Below, piece after piece: positions 16,633 to 27,286 of a stretch of DNA of 64,000 nucleotides. Numbering within the stretch: position 1 is the stretch's first letter; each line of letters begins with the position of its first letter. The notes beneath the pieces were generated by a model that was not told where the DNA came from, ran no database searches, and saw only the letters and a list, made by a program, of their open reading frames with translations. This DNA comes from Eubacteriales bacterium (lineage in GTDB: Bacteria > Bacillota > Clostridia > Oscillospirales > CAG-272). The stretch lies in contig JAZUBT010000018.1 in NCBI GenBank assembly GCA_045638685.1, forward strand, positions 12,329 to 76,328. Direction: 5' to 3'. A program made the translations under genes and the position numbers.

Positions 16633-18432
16633 TTAATAATCCATAAAATGCCTACGCTCAGGCTTTTGGGGCCTATTTTTGCTATCTTCAATAAGCTTTT
16701 TAATGCGAGGATACGCGGCTATTACAACCACAAAAAGGAAGGCTATAAGGACAAACGCGTTGCCTATATAACTGTATAAGGTTCTTCCCTGACGCATATA
16801 AACGGTAGCCGTTTCGTAGTTTGTTTCAAGCGGCTTTATCTTTGCGATTACACGCCCCTCGGGGGTAATTACCGACGAAACGCCGGTGTTGGCGGCTCTC
16901 ACCACGTAGCGCCCCGTCTCTATCGCGCGCAGGGCGGCGTGAGAATTGTGCTGCCATACCGCCGCGGAGTCGCTGAACCACGAATCGTTTGTCGATAACG
17001 TGATAAGCTCCGCGCCGTCTCTTACCGCATCAACGGCAAGCATCTCATATATAGAATCAAAGCAGATAAGGCTTCCTATTTTACCGTGCTCAGTATCAAA
17101 AATTTCGCTATCCGTACCCTGTGCAAGCGGCTCGGAAAGAATGTTGAGAGAACCGAGAACAGGAAGCAACGCTAAAATTAAATCCTCCATAGGGGTATAT
17201 TCGCCAAACGGAACGAGGTGGCGCTTGTGATACCTGTCCTCTCCCATGGTACCGTCGGGATAGAAAATGTAGATAGCGTTATACTCGCGCGTTTCATAGG
17301 TGTATTCCTCTTGTTGAATGTCAAACGCGCCGACAAATACCGTTACGCTAAGTTCCTTTGCCATTTCGGAGATTTTAGAGACAAGCTTACTGTTTTTGTA
17401 GTTAAGTGTCGTCGGGATAACCGTCTCCGGCCATACCACTATATCCACACCCGTCTTGCTTTTTTCAACGCACTTACGGGTAAGTTCTATGTATTTATCT
17501 GTCGTTTTCGTCGCCGCGTTAGTCTCCCATTTTTCAAGCGAGGAGATGTTCCCCTGAATGACCGCCGCGGTAATTTCCTTTCCGTCCTTTTCATTAAAGG
17601 CGGCAAGTCTTATTACCCCGAAAAGCAGGTTAAGAGTAAATATTCCGAGCGCCACCGAAGCAAATATAACGCTTTTTCTTGCCTTAAGCGAGGAAATAAG
17701 CTTTTCCTTAAACTCCTTACCCTCGGAGTCATACACATAATAAAGCGCGAGCGCTAAAAATACGTTCACGGCTACTATAACCGCACTGACAAAATAGCTT
17801 CCGAAAAGCGACGCGCTTTGCTGAAGCACGGGCGCGATGCTTTGCGACACCGCGAGACGCCCCCACGGAACTCCTCGCCACCCGAGAGTTTCCTGAAATT
17901 CAAACACCACCCACAGACCGATAAACAGCGCACCGCCGAGCAGGGGTTTGTTTTTACTTGGCTTTATCAGCCTATACGCAAGCATCACAAAACCAATTTC
18001 AATCGACTGAACAAGCGCAAGTCCAAGCCAACAGACAAGCACTATAATTATGCTTTGAAAAGGCGTAATATCGGCAAATTCCATCGGATAAAGCCTTGTA
18101 AACCAGAAGTATAGCACTCCGAAATAACCGAGTCCGAAAAGAAAGCCAAGCGAAAAGGCTTTTCTTTTTTTAATGTTGCCTCCGTATTTTATCATCATAT
18201 AAGCCACGGGTATAAGGCTTACGTAGGACAGAAGAAAAAGCCATCGAAAGACAAAGGGAAGCGCTGTAAGTATTCCGAAAACGAAAAATATCCGTTTAAG
18301 TCTCGGCTGACCATCCTTTTTAAAAAATTCCGTCAAGGCTGTAACAATCGTTTTCAATAGAACATCCTCCACATTCTGTACACCCCGGTTGCTTTTCCGG
18401 AGCAAGATTATATTTACGAAGTATTCCGCCAA
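16633..18432 (-). CDS. lnt: Apolipoprotein N-acyltransferase-like protein (polytopic membrane domain + CN-hydrolase domain); start uncertain
   Basis: A hydrophobic N-terminal half is followed by a CN-hydrolase domain with E/K/C contexts VVWPETVIP, KRHLVPFGEYTP and SLICFDS. The longest ORF begins at TTG 18432 and overlaps the upstream gene. Other in-frame candidates are GTG 18372 and TTG 18336. The first in-frame ATG is codon 79. Confidence 0.72.
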   Translation of the reverse strand: MAEYFVNIILLRKSNRGVQNVEDVLLKTIVTALTEFFKKDGQPRLKRIFFVFGILTALPFVFRWLFLLSYVSLIPVAYMMIKYGGNIKKRKAFSLGFLFGLGYFGVLYFWFTRLYPMEFADITPFQSIIIVLVCWLGLALVQSIEIGFVMLAYRLIKPSKNKPLLGGALFIGLWVVFEFQETLGWRGVPWGRLAVSQSIAPVLQQSASLFGSYFVSAVIVAVNVFLALALYYVYDSEGKEFKEKLISSLKARKSVIFASVALGIFTLNLLFGVIRLAAFNEKDGKEITAAVIQGNISSLEKWETNAATKTTDKYIELTRKCVEKSKTGVDIVVWPETVIPTTLNYKNSKLVSKISEMAKELSVTVFVGAFDIQQEEYTYETREYNAIYIFYPDGTMGEDRYHKRHLVPFGEYTPMEDLILALLPVLGSLNILSEPLAQGTDSEIFDTEHGKIGSLICFDSIYEMLAVDAVRDGAELITLSTNDSWFSDSAAVWQHNSHAALRAIETGRYVVRAANTGVSSVITPEGRVIAKIKPLETNYETATVYMRQGRTLYSYIGNAFVLIAFLFVVVIAAYPRIKKLIEDSKNRPQKPERRHFMDY

Positions 18433-19399
18433 GCACCTCGCTCATCTCTACAAGGTCATCGGGCGAGCACGCCTTAAATCCGTGCAGCTCGCAGTTATCA
18501 AACGGACGGAACGGCATTATGGTAGGGAACACTCCCTCGCTCGCAAGTGCTTCACATTCCTTAAGTATATCTTCCACGGGCTGTATTCCGCCTATAAGAA
18601 CACTTGAAACCATACCGTGTCCGAATAATTTTACGGCGTAACGCAACGACTTGTGATAATGCTGATAGCTTATTCGGCTTTTACCGGGACAGATTTTCTC
18701 ACGCAGCGAGCTTTCCGCTATTTCTATATTCATAATAACAGCGGTGCACCCCGCGTCCTTTAACTGCCTTAGCTTTTCGGTATCCGAGGGTGGAGCAAGC
18801 TCAATAGTTATCGGACAGTCCGAAAACTCTCTGATCTTTTTAACCAGACTAACGTAATAATCCGCCATATAATCGGGGCTGACGTAGGTTCCCCCGCTCA
18901 TATTTAAGACGTATTTGCCGTCTCCGAGAAGAACGAGAAGCTTTTTTACTCCTTCCGCAAGCTCCTCTATCGGAAGCGGACGGCTACGCTCCTTTTCAAG
19001 AGAGCAGAACTTACATTTAAGCTCATCGGTATCGTAGCAGCAGGCGCTGCTCGGCCAGATATTTATACAACCCGGCGCATGGAGCTGAGCCATTCCGTCT
19101 ATCACCGTACCCGTTTTCGGTAGCGCGCCGAAAAATTTTACCGGCACGTTCCTTTCGCCGTAGCTTATTGCGTACCCGTCGTTCGATTTACAAAGGGTAT
19201 ATTCCGAATCAGCCGAATACCCGTCAGCAACGCTGACACAGAGATTCGAACCGAAAATCGACATATTCGTCGCGTGTACAAATCCCTTGACGAAGAAATG
19301 CGGGTATTCCCGAAGAAGCTTCTCCTTTGCCTCGGGAGTTATCTTCACCCCTCCGCAAAGAAGTCCCGCCTTAAGTCTTAAAAATTCTTTTCTGTTCAT
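18320..19399 (-). CDS. Radical-SAM-like Fe-S protein (non-canonical Cys spacing)
   Basis: 359 aa. SSACCYDTDELKCKFC gives C-X7-C-X2-C instead of CX3CX2C. NMSGGTY is a GGE-like motif. C-terminal CTECGGCSIENDC gives CX2CX2CX5C. The family assignment is tentative. Confidence 0.5.
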   Translation of the reverse strand: MNRKEFLRLKAGLLCGGVKITPEAKEKLLREYPHFFVKGFVHATNMSIFGSNLCVSVADGYSADSEYTLCKSNDGYAISYGERNVPVKFFGALPKTGTVIDGMAQLHAPGCINIWPSSACCYDTDELKCKFCSLEKERSRPLPIEELAEGVKKLLVLLGDGKYVLNMSGGTYVSPDYMADYYVSLVKKIREFSDCPITIELAPPSDTEKLRQLKDAGCTAVIMNIEIAESSLREKICPGKSRISYQHYHKSLRYAVKLFGHGMVSSVLIGGIQPVEDILKECEALASEGVFPTIMPFRPFDNCELHGFKACSPDDLVEMSEVLGGILRKYNLAPEKQPGCTECGGCSIENDCYSLDGIF

Positions 19400-19570
19400 A
19401 AGGTAACCTTTTATGTATTTTCTGATTATTTATATTTAGATTCTAAAACCGCGAAAAAGACTATTTTTTCATAATAACAGCAAGTTTTGTTTTACCCGCT
19501 GCGGATAATACGTCATCCTGCTAACCGCTCTGTATAATTTTAAAAACTCTACCGTTTCTTTACGTCAGCT

Positions 19571-20185
19571 TCAAACGTCTATCTCCATAACAGTAGGAAA
19601 GCAGTCCTTTCCCCGCTGAGGACACTCCGCGCACTCGCCGAGAAGCTCGCTGTAAAGCGGAAAATCGGAGGGAAGCTCCACCCCGCCGTTTTTCAGAAAA
19701 AAGTCTCGCGCCTTAGCGGTAAGATATATTTTACCTACGCCACTCTCTCTGCATTTCTCCTTAATACGCCGAAGGACAGCGCTACCGACTCCGTTTTTCC
19801 TTACGTCCTTTTTTATCGCAATGTAATCAAGGACGGTTATTCCGAAGCGGCGCGAAAGCGAATACGCTCCTACCATATCACCGCTTTGCAGCGACACCTC
19901 GCTCGTACGTGAGTTCTCCGTGTTTTCCTTAGAAAGCAGCCTTTCTCCGCTAATGCAATCACAACAAAAGACCGTATTGCCGTTTTCGTTTACATCGTTT
20001 TCGTTTACAAAAAATACCGCCTCGCTAAGAAAAACACCGCTTGTCTCTGCCCAACTTTCCGAGATTTCAAGCTCGCTTTCAAGATAAAGTCCTGTCAAAA
20101 GCCCGTGCTGTGAAACCTCAAAAAAAACAATCTCTCCGCTTTGCATATTGCGTCTCCAAGTTTTAAAGCTAAATTCGACCCTCAT
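19571..20185 (-). CDS. GNAT-family N-acetyltransferase with Cys-rich C-terminal tail
   Basis: 204 aa. Acetyl-CoA motif IAIKKDVRKNGVGSAVLRRI and tail GECAECPQRGKDC. It resembles short ArgA/COG1246-type GNATs, judged from memory. Confidence 0.7.
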   Translation of the reverse strand: MRVEFSFKTWRRNMQSGEIVFFEVSQHGLLTGLYLESELEISESWAETSGVFLSEAVFFVNENDVNENGNTVFCCDCISGERLLSKENTENSRTSEVSLQSGDMVGAYSLSRRFGITVLDYIAIKKDVRKNGVGSAVLRRIKEKCRESGVGKIYLTAKARDFFLKNGGVELPSDFPLYSELLGECAECPQRGKDCFPTVMEIDV

Positions 20186-20334
20186 TAAAAGACCTTACGT
20201 TAAAGAACTTATGCTAAAGAACTTCAATCTTAAAGCACTTATACTTTTTCTGTTAACGTCATTACATACAAAGACTACAAAGGCCCTACAATTCTATTAT
20301 ATATAAAATTTATTTTATTTAAAGTACATAATTG

Positions 20335-20706
20335 TTAAAATATTCTCAGCAAAAGCGATACTGCGGTGGCAAGAAGCAGTCCTACCGAAAACCATTTAAG
20401 CCGAAGAACGGTTAACCCCTCCTTAGCTCGGCATTCGCCACTCTCCTCTACGCCAAAATAATTTGTTATTGCAGATGAGGAAATTATCCTGCTTGCCTCC
20501 GCGACCATACTCTCCTCGGTACGTTTTTTCTCCACGCTTTTGTCCGACACTATAAAAAACGCCCCATCAAAGCACTCGTTACCGATATTTTTTACCCAAA
20601 GCACTCTTTTCTGACACCCCTTAATCACCTGTTTTTCCTCCAAAATCAATAATTTACAAAAATAAAGCTGCGCCTTGCCGCATCTTGACTTTCCGCTTTT
20701 TTCCAA
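20335..20706 (-). CDS. Hypothetical protein with C-terminal transmembrane anchor
   Basis: 123-aa ORF. The C-terminal WFSVGLLLATAVSLLLRIF is hydrophobic. It is divergent from spoIIR. The start is uncertain. Confidence 0.4.
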   Translation of the reverse strand: MEKSGKSRCGKAQLYFCKLLILEEKQVIKGCQKRVLWVKNIGNECFDGAFFIVSDKSVEKKRTEESMVAEASRIISSSAITNYFGVEESGECRAKEGLTVLRLKWFSVGLLLATAVSLLLRIF

Positions 20707-20977
20707 TTTTAATATAACGTATTATTGACTTTTTCTACCTATTTATTCAGAAAAACAGCTAAAAAGCTCCTTTAAATACTGTAAAAAGCTCTACCGATAT
20801 GTAAGGCATCTGCTGTATCGGACGCCACTACAATATCGGTATCTGCCTCAGTATAAAGACGCTGCTGTTTCGTACATCTACTGCCGCATCTGCAAAATTA
20901 AAACCTTATTTTTGTATAATCGGTAAGTAAAGTGTCAAAACTTTCATTTGTAAACAGAGCGAAAAAGGAGATTTAAC

Positions 20978-21586
20978 GTGAAGAAAAACAAGATATTTAT
21001 ATTTTCGGTGATTATCGGAGCGTTTATTTTAGCAGTTATCGGAGGGCTGCGAGCGGAAATATCCGAGGATATGGAGATATACGACAAAACCCTTCGTCTG
21101 CACATTCCCGCGAACTCGGACAGCGCTGAGGATCAAGGTCTAAAGCTAAAAGTAAGAGACGCCGTAATCGAGGTTATGAGGGAGCCGCTTTCCGACTGTA
21201 AGACAAAGGAGGCGGCAACGGAGGTAGCAAGACGTATGATGCCGGTAATAAAGGCAACCGCTGACAAAGTAATAGCCGAAAACGGAAAAAGCTACAAAGC
21301 AGAGGTAACCGTAACCGAGGAATACTATCCTAAAAAGGAGTACGAGGGGATAACTCTCCCTGCGGGAACCTACACCTCTCTTAAAATAGAGCTTGGAGAG
21401 GCAGAAGGAAAAAATTGGTGGTGCGTTCTTTTCCCACAGGTTTGCACCGGCACGGCAGAGGCGAAAACCGTACTGGCAGAGGTCGGCTTTACCGCAAATC
21501 AGATCCGTCTTCTGACCGAGCAGGAAAGTGGCGAATATACTGTCAAATTCAAAATAGTTGAAATAATAGAAAGGCTATTCGGTTAA
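20978..21586 (+). CDS. spoIIR: Stage II sporulation protein R
   Basis: 202 aa with a GTG start after AAGGAG. N-terminal TM/signal segment. LRLHIPANSDSAEDQGLKLKVRDAV and KNWWCVLFPQVC are SpoIIR hallmarks. Confidence 0.85.
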   Translation: MKKNKIFIFSVIIGAFILAVIGGLRAEISEDMEIYDKTLRLHIPANSDSAEDQGLKLKVRDAVIEVMREPLSDCKTKEAATEVARRMMPVIKATADKVIAENGKSYKAEVTVTEEYYPKKEYEGITLPAGTYTSLKIELGEAEGKNWWCVLFPQVCTGTAEAKTVLAEVGFTANQIRLLTEQESGEYTVKFKIVEIIERLFG

Positions 21587-21615
21587 GGTGAAGCTTAACC
21601 GAATAGCCTTTTATT
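21571..21615 (+). terminator. Intrinsic terminator of spoIIR
   Basis: Perfect 17-bp inverted repeat AAGGCTATTCGGTTAAG (21571-21587) / CTTAACCGAATAGCCTT (21594-21610), followed by TTATT. The stop codon lies inside the stem. Confidence 0.7.
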
Positions 21616-21642
21616 GCGTTTTATGGTTTTACAGTAGTTATA

Positions 21643-22071
<429 letters not shown>

Positions 22072-22084
22072 TTAAAATTCGCGG

Positions 22085-22152
22085 CTTTCTCACGCTTCTT
22101 AACTTAGATTAAAAACGTATGCCTTCTCACGTTATTTAGATTTAAAACGTAC
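22085..22152. repeat. Imperfect tandem direct repeat (~33 nt x 2) in the dnaK-HIT intergenic region
   Basis: Unit 1 (22085-22120) is CTTTCTCACGCTTCTTAACTTAGATTAAAAACGTAT. Unit 2 (22121-22152) is GCCTTCTCACGTTATTTAGATTTAAAACGTAC. The shared blocks are TTCTCACG, TTAGATT and AAAACGTA. Confidence 0.6.
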
Positions 22153-22272
22153 ACATACTTCATTACTTACTCTAAACGCTTCCCTTTCTTATTTTAAAGC
22201 GGATATGCTCTTTTAAGAACATATCCGCTTTGCTTTTGAAAGTATCTGCCGCGCCCTTTTCAAGACCTCGGA

Positions 22273-24114
<1,842 letters not shown>

Positions 24115-24232
24115 CTACTGTGGGTAAGTAATCTTTTTATATTGTTTATCGCTTTCGCGAATTTAATTTCTTCTCTATCCGCCCGTTTTTGCTGTTTTTC
24201 TTGGGTTTCTGTTTAAAGTTCCGCTCAATCGG

Positions 24233-24844
24233 TCAGTTCGCAACCGATACCATAGCGTATCTGTAAACCTTGTCTCCCTTTTTGTAGCCCGTTTGAAGAA
24301 CCGCCGCAACGGTGTTCTCGCCAAGCTCCGGATTTTCGGTATGCATTACCGCATTGTGTATCTCGGGATCGAACGGAGCACCTACGTCTGAATTAATCTT
24401 TTCAATTCCGAGCCTTTCAAGGGTAGCCTCGAACTGCGTAAGTGTCATTTTCAGTCCCTGTAAAATCTTTTCTCCGTCGGTAAACGCCGCTGCTCTTTCA
24501 AGATTGTCTATTACGGGAAGTATCTCCTTTATAGCATCTCCGTATGCGTCGGAATATATGCCTTCCTTTTCTTTTACGGTACGCTTTCTGTAATTATCGT
24601 ACTCGGCTAAAACTCTGAGATACTTATCCTCTGACTCAGCAAGAGCCTTTTCCGCTTTTTCCGCGCTCTCGCGAAGCCTTATAATCTCCGCTTCAAGCTC
24701 TCTTTTACTTGCCTTTTCGTTTTTTGCGGTCTTTTCCGCGCCGGCCGCTCCGCTTTCTTCCGCAGACATTTCCTCGACCGGGGGTATCCCGTTTTCCTCG
24801 GTTTCCACTGCGTTTTCCTTTTCTTTTGTCATTACCGTCTCCAA
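24233..24844 (-). CDS. grpE: Nucleotide exchange factor GrpE
   Basis: 203 aa. Acidic N-terminus, RVLAEYDNYRKR, and a C-terminal beta domain GYKKGDKVYRYAMVSV. Confidence 0.93.
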   Translation of the reverse strand: METVMTKEKENAVETEENGIPPVEEMSAEESGAAGAEKTAKNEKASKRELEAEIIRLRESAEKAEKALAESEDKYLRVLAEYDNYRKRTVKEKEGIYSDAYGDAIKEILPVIDNLERAAAFTDGEKILQGLKMTLTQFEATLERLGIEKINSDVGAPFDPEIHNAVMHTENPELGENTVAAVLQTGYKKGDKVYRYAMVSVAN

Positions 24845-24853
24845 TCCGCCGTT

Positions 24854-25918
24854 TTACTCGTTACCGTTATTATCGGCTAAGCTTTCACCTTTTATTGCAT
24901 CGGATATTTTATCTGTGAGATAATCTACCGTTTTTATTACCTTTGAGTAGTCCATTCTGCACGGGCCTATTACCCCTATCGCCGCAACGGGTATATTGTT
25001 TTCCGTAACGGTTTTAAATACGAGCGAGGTGCCTTTTAAATGCTCCTCCTCGCTTTCGGGGCCTATATAAACGTTAACCGCGTCGTTCTGCGCCGCCGAA
25101 ACAACATTTAATATATAGTCCTTCTTTTCAAGAACCCCGAGAAGCCCCTTTAAGTTGTCAAGGTTTGAATATTCGGGATATTTCAGCATACGGTTAACGC
25201 CTTCCATACGAAGCTCGCCACCGTTAAGCGTACCTATCTCCTCCATAAACGCCCTCATTATCGGGATAAGCAGGGGGGCATATACCGATAAATATTTTTC
25301 CATCTCGGAAACAAGCCTTGCATCAACGCTTTCCACGCTCACTCCGGTAAGGAATTTATTAAGTCCCTCCTCAAGCCTTACAGCCATCTCCTCACTAACC
25401 TTAAAGCCGGTTTCAACAAACCTCGTCTTTACAATGCCTACCGAGGTCTGCATAACCATAAGAACTCCAAAATCATTCATCGGAAGGAGCTTAAAGCTGA
25501 TAACAAGCACCCGTCTGTGCCGCGGCTTAACCGCAAGAGCCGTGTAATCGGTTATTTTCGATACCGTCTCCGCCGCACCTTTAAGAAGTCCGTCAATACC
25601 TACAAGCCTTTTAGAGGTCATAAGGTCGAGCTCTGTCTGCTCCGATTTTGAGAGCGAGTATCCGTTCATAAGACCGTTAACGTAAGCTCTGTAACCCTTA
25701 CTTGACGGTATTCTGCCTGCGGAGGTATGCGGCTGTTCAAGGTAGCCGAGCTTTTCAAGCTCTGCCATAACGTTTCTTATTGAAGCCGAGGAAAGCGAGA
25801 CGGAAAGTCTGCCCGCAAGAAGCTTTGAGCCTACCGGCTCTCCGCTTTCAATATGAGAGTCAACTATCGCCTTCAGAATCATCTTCTGACGTTCGCTGAG
25901 CACAGTTTCGTCTTGCAT
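24854..25918 (-). CDS. hrcA: Heat-inducible transcription repressor HrcA
   Basis: 354 aa. N-terminal winged helix LSERQKMILKAIVDSHIESGEPVGSK. It sits at the head of the grpE-dnaK operon behind a CIRCE element. Confidence 0.93.
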   Translation of the reverse strand: MQDETVLSERQKMILKAIVDSHIESGEPVGSKLLAGRLSVSLSSASIRNVMAELEKLGYLEQPHTSAGRIPSSKGYRAYVNGLMNGYSLSKSEQTELDLMTSKRLVGIDGLLKGAAETVSKITDYTALAVKPRHRRVLVISFKLLPMNDFGVLMVMQTSVGIVKTRFVETGFKVSEEMAVRLEEGLNKFLTGVSVESVDARLVSEMEKYLSVYAPLLIPIMRAFMEEIGTLNGGELRMEGVNRMLKYPEYSNLDNLKGLLGVLEKKDYILNVVSAAQNDAVNVYIGPESEEEHLKGTSLVFKTVTENNIPVAAIGVIGPCRMDYSKVIKTVDYLTDKISDAIKGESLADNNGNE

Positions 25919-25955
25919 ACGTCCGCCCCCTTATTATATTCGTTTTTTATCATTT

Positions 25956-25982
25956 TTAGCACTCTTGGTGTTAAAGTGCTAA
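25956..25982 (-). promoter_or_regulatory. CIRCE operator (HrcA binding site)
   Basis: TTAGCACTC-N9-AAGTGCTAA compared with the consensus TTAGCACTC-N9-GAGTGCTAA, one mismatch. A TATAAT on the reverse strand lies at 26004-25999, 16 nt upstream. Confidence 0.9.
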
Positions 25983-26211
25983 CGATATAAATTCTACCAT
26001 TATATGAGATTTTTTTAAATACCTTTTTTGAAATAATCTGTGAATAATCGGTTAACTTACAGAAAGCCGTCGAATGCGTACAGCCGTAACGTTACGCGCT
26101 TTAAAATCATTTTTCAAAGCATTTTCGCCGCAGCCTCTTTTTTCACGGCCATAGCCTTTCCTCCTTCATTTTTATTTCACCGTATTATCACAAAAAACAG
26201 CGGCATCAATA

Positions 26212-26240
26212 TTGACAGATAAAACTTTTTGTTGTATAAT
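26212..26240 (+). promoter_or_regulatory. Sigma-A-type consensus promoter for the PAP2 gene
   Basis: TTGACA (26212-26217), a 17-nt spacer, then TATAAT (26235-26240). Confidence 0.65.
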
Positions 26241-26281
26241 AAGAATAATACTATTTATTATAATTTTAAAGGAGATACAAC

Positions 26282-27208
26282 GTGCAAACGGCAATTAATT
26301 TTTTAAAAGCGCTCTCAGAGATAAGAAATCCCTTTCTCGACGCCCTCGTTCAGCTTATAACAAGACTTGGCGAGGAGGTTATAATTCTCGGCGTAATCTG
26401 TTTTTTCTATTGGTGTCTGAATAAAAACACCGCTTACAAAATCGGGCTGATTTTCTTCACCTCGGGAATGCTTGTTCAAGGACTGAAAATCTCTTTCAGA
26501 GTAGAGCGTCCCTTCGTTATTGATAAAACCTTCAAACCGGTTGAATCGGCAATAGAGGGCGCAAGCGGCTACTCCTTCCCGAGCGGACACACGCAGAGCG
26601 CAACCTCGCTTTACGGATATTTCGCCACAGCGGTAAAAAACAAGTGGCTTAAGGTCCTCTTTGTCCTCGCGTTTCTGCTTGTCGGCTTTTCAAGACTTTA
26701 TCTTGGAGTTCACACCTATTTCGACGTAGGCGTCTCTATTCTTCTTACCCTTGCCGTCGTATTTCTCGTAAGCTATATTTTCGATAGGCTCGTTTCCGGA
26801 AAATACGACCTTATCCTCTCTGTAGCTCTGGCTGCGGCATCGGTTATTCTCTGCATATATTCCTTTATTCTCGCAAAGGTCGGTTACGCCGACGTCGCGC
26901 AGATAAACGACTGCTTTAAAAGCGGTGGCGCGGGAGTTGCGTTTGCCCTCGGCTTCTTCCTTGAAAGAAAGTATATAAAATTTGACGTTTCGGCAAAAAA
27001 ACCGCATATTCAGGCGATAAAATTTATCTTAGGTGTCGCGGGCGCTTTGATCCTTAAATCCGGCTTAAAGCTTATCGCACCCGGAAATCTTATCCTTGAT
27101 TTCGTGCGTTATTTCCTTACCGTATTTTGGGTTCTCGCAATTTACCCCTACATTTTTTCAAGGGTTTTATCTAAAGGCAAAAAGGAAAACACAAACGTCG
27201 AGGCTTAA
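26282..27208 (+). CDS. PAP2-family membrane phosphatase
   Basis: 308 aa with a GTG start after AAGGAG. Polytopic. PAP2 motifs present: KISFRVERP, SFPSGHT, SRLYLGVHTYFDV. Confidence 0.8.
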   Translation: MQTAINFLKALSEIRNPFLDALVQLITRLGEEVIILGVICFFYWCLNKNTAYKIGLIFFTSGMLVQGLKISFRVERPFVIDKTFKPVESAIEGASGYSFPSGHTQSATSLYGYFATAVKNKWLKVLFVLAFLLVGFSRLYLGVHTYFDVGVSILLTLAVVFLVSYIFDRLVSGKYDLILSVALAAASVILCIYSFILAKVGYADVAQINDCFKSGGAGVAFALGFFLERKYIKFDVSAKKPHIQAIKFILGVAGALILKSGLKLIAPGNLILDFVRYFLTVFWVLAIYPYIFSRVLSKGKKENTNVEA

Positions 27209-27286
27209 TATAACAACGGGGTTTACGGCAACCGCCGAGACCTAAAGTTAATTTCACATTACACTTACTGAAAGGCATATCAGAAA

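Noticed and set aside
20780-20977. Sigma-F-type promoter and repeated CATCTGC motifs upstream of spoIIR.
   Set aside because: - A GTATA element and an extended -10-like TGTATAAT are present.
- I could not align them convincingly to the sigma-F consensus with correct spacing.
- The short CATCTGC repeats (3-4 copies) are within chance expectation for this length.
22196-22231. Hairpin AAAGCGGATATG...CATATCCGCTTT as the dnaK terminator.
   Set aside because: The stem is good (12 bp), but the U-run follows it only on the forward strand, while dnaK is on the reverse strand. It may still act bidirectionally, so it is left unannotated.
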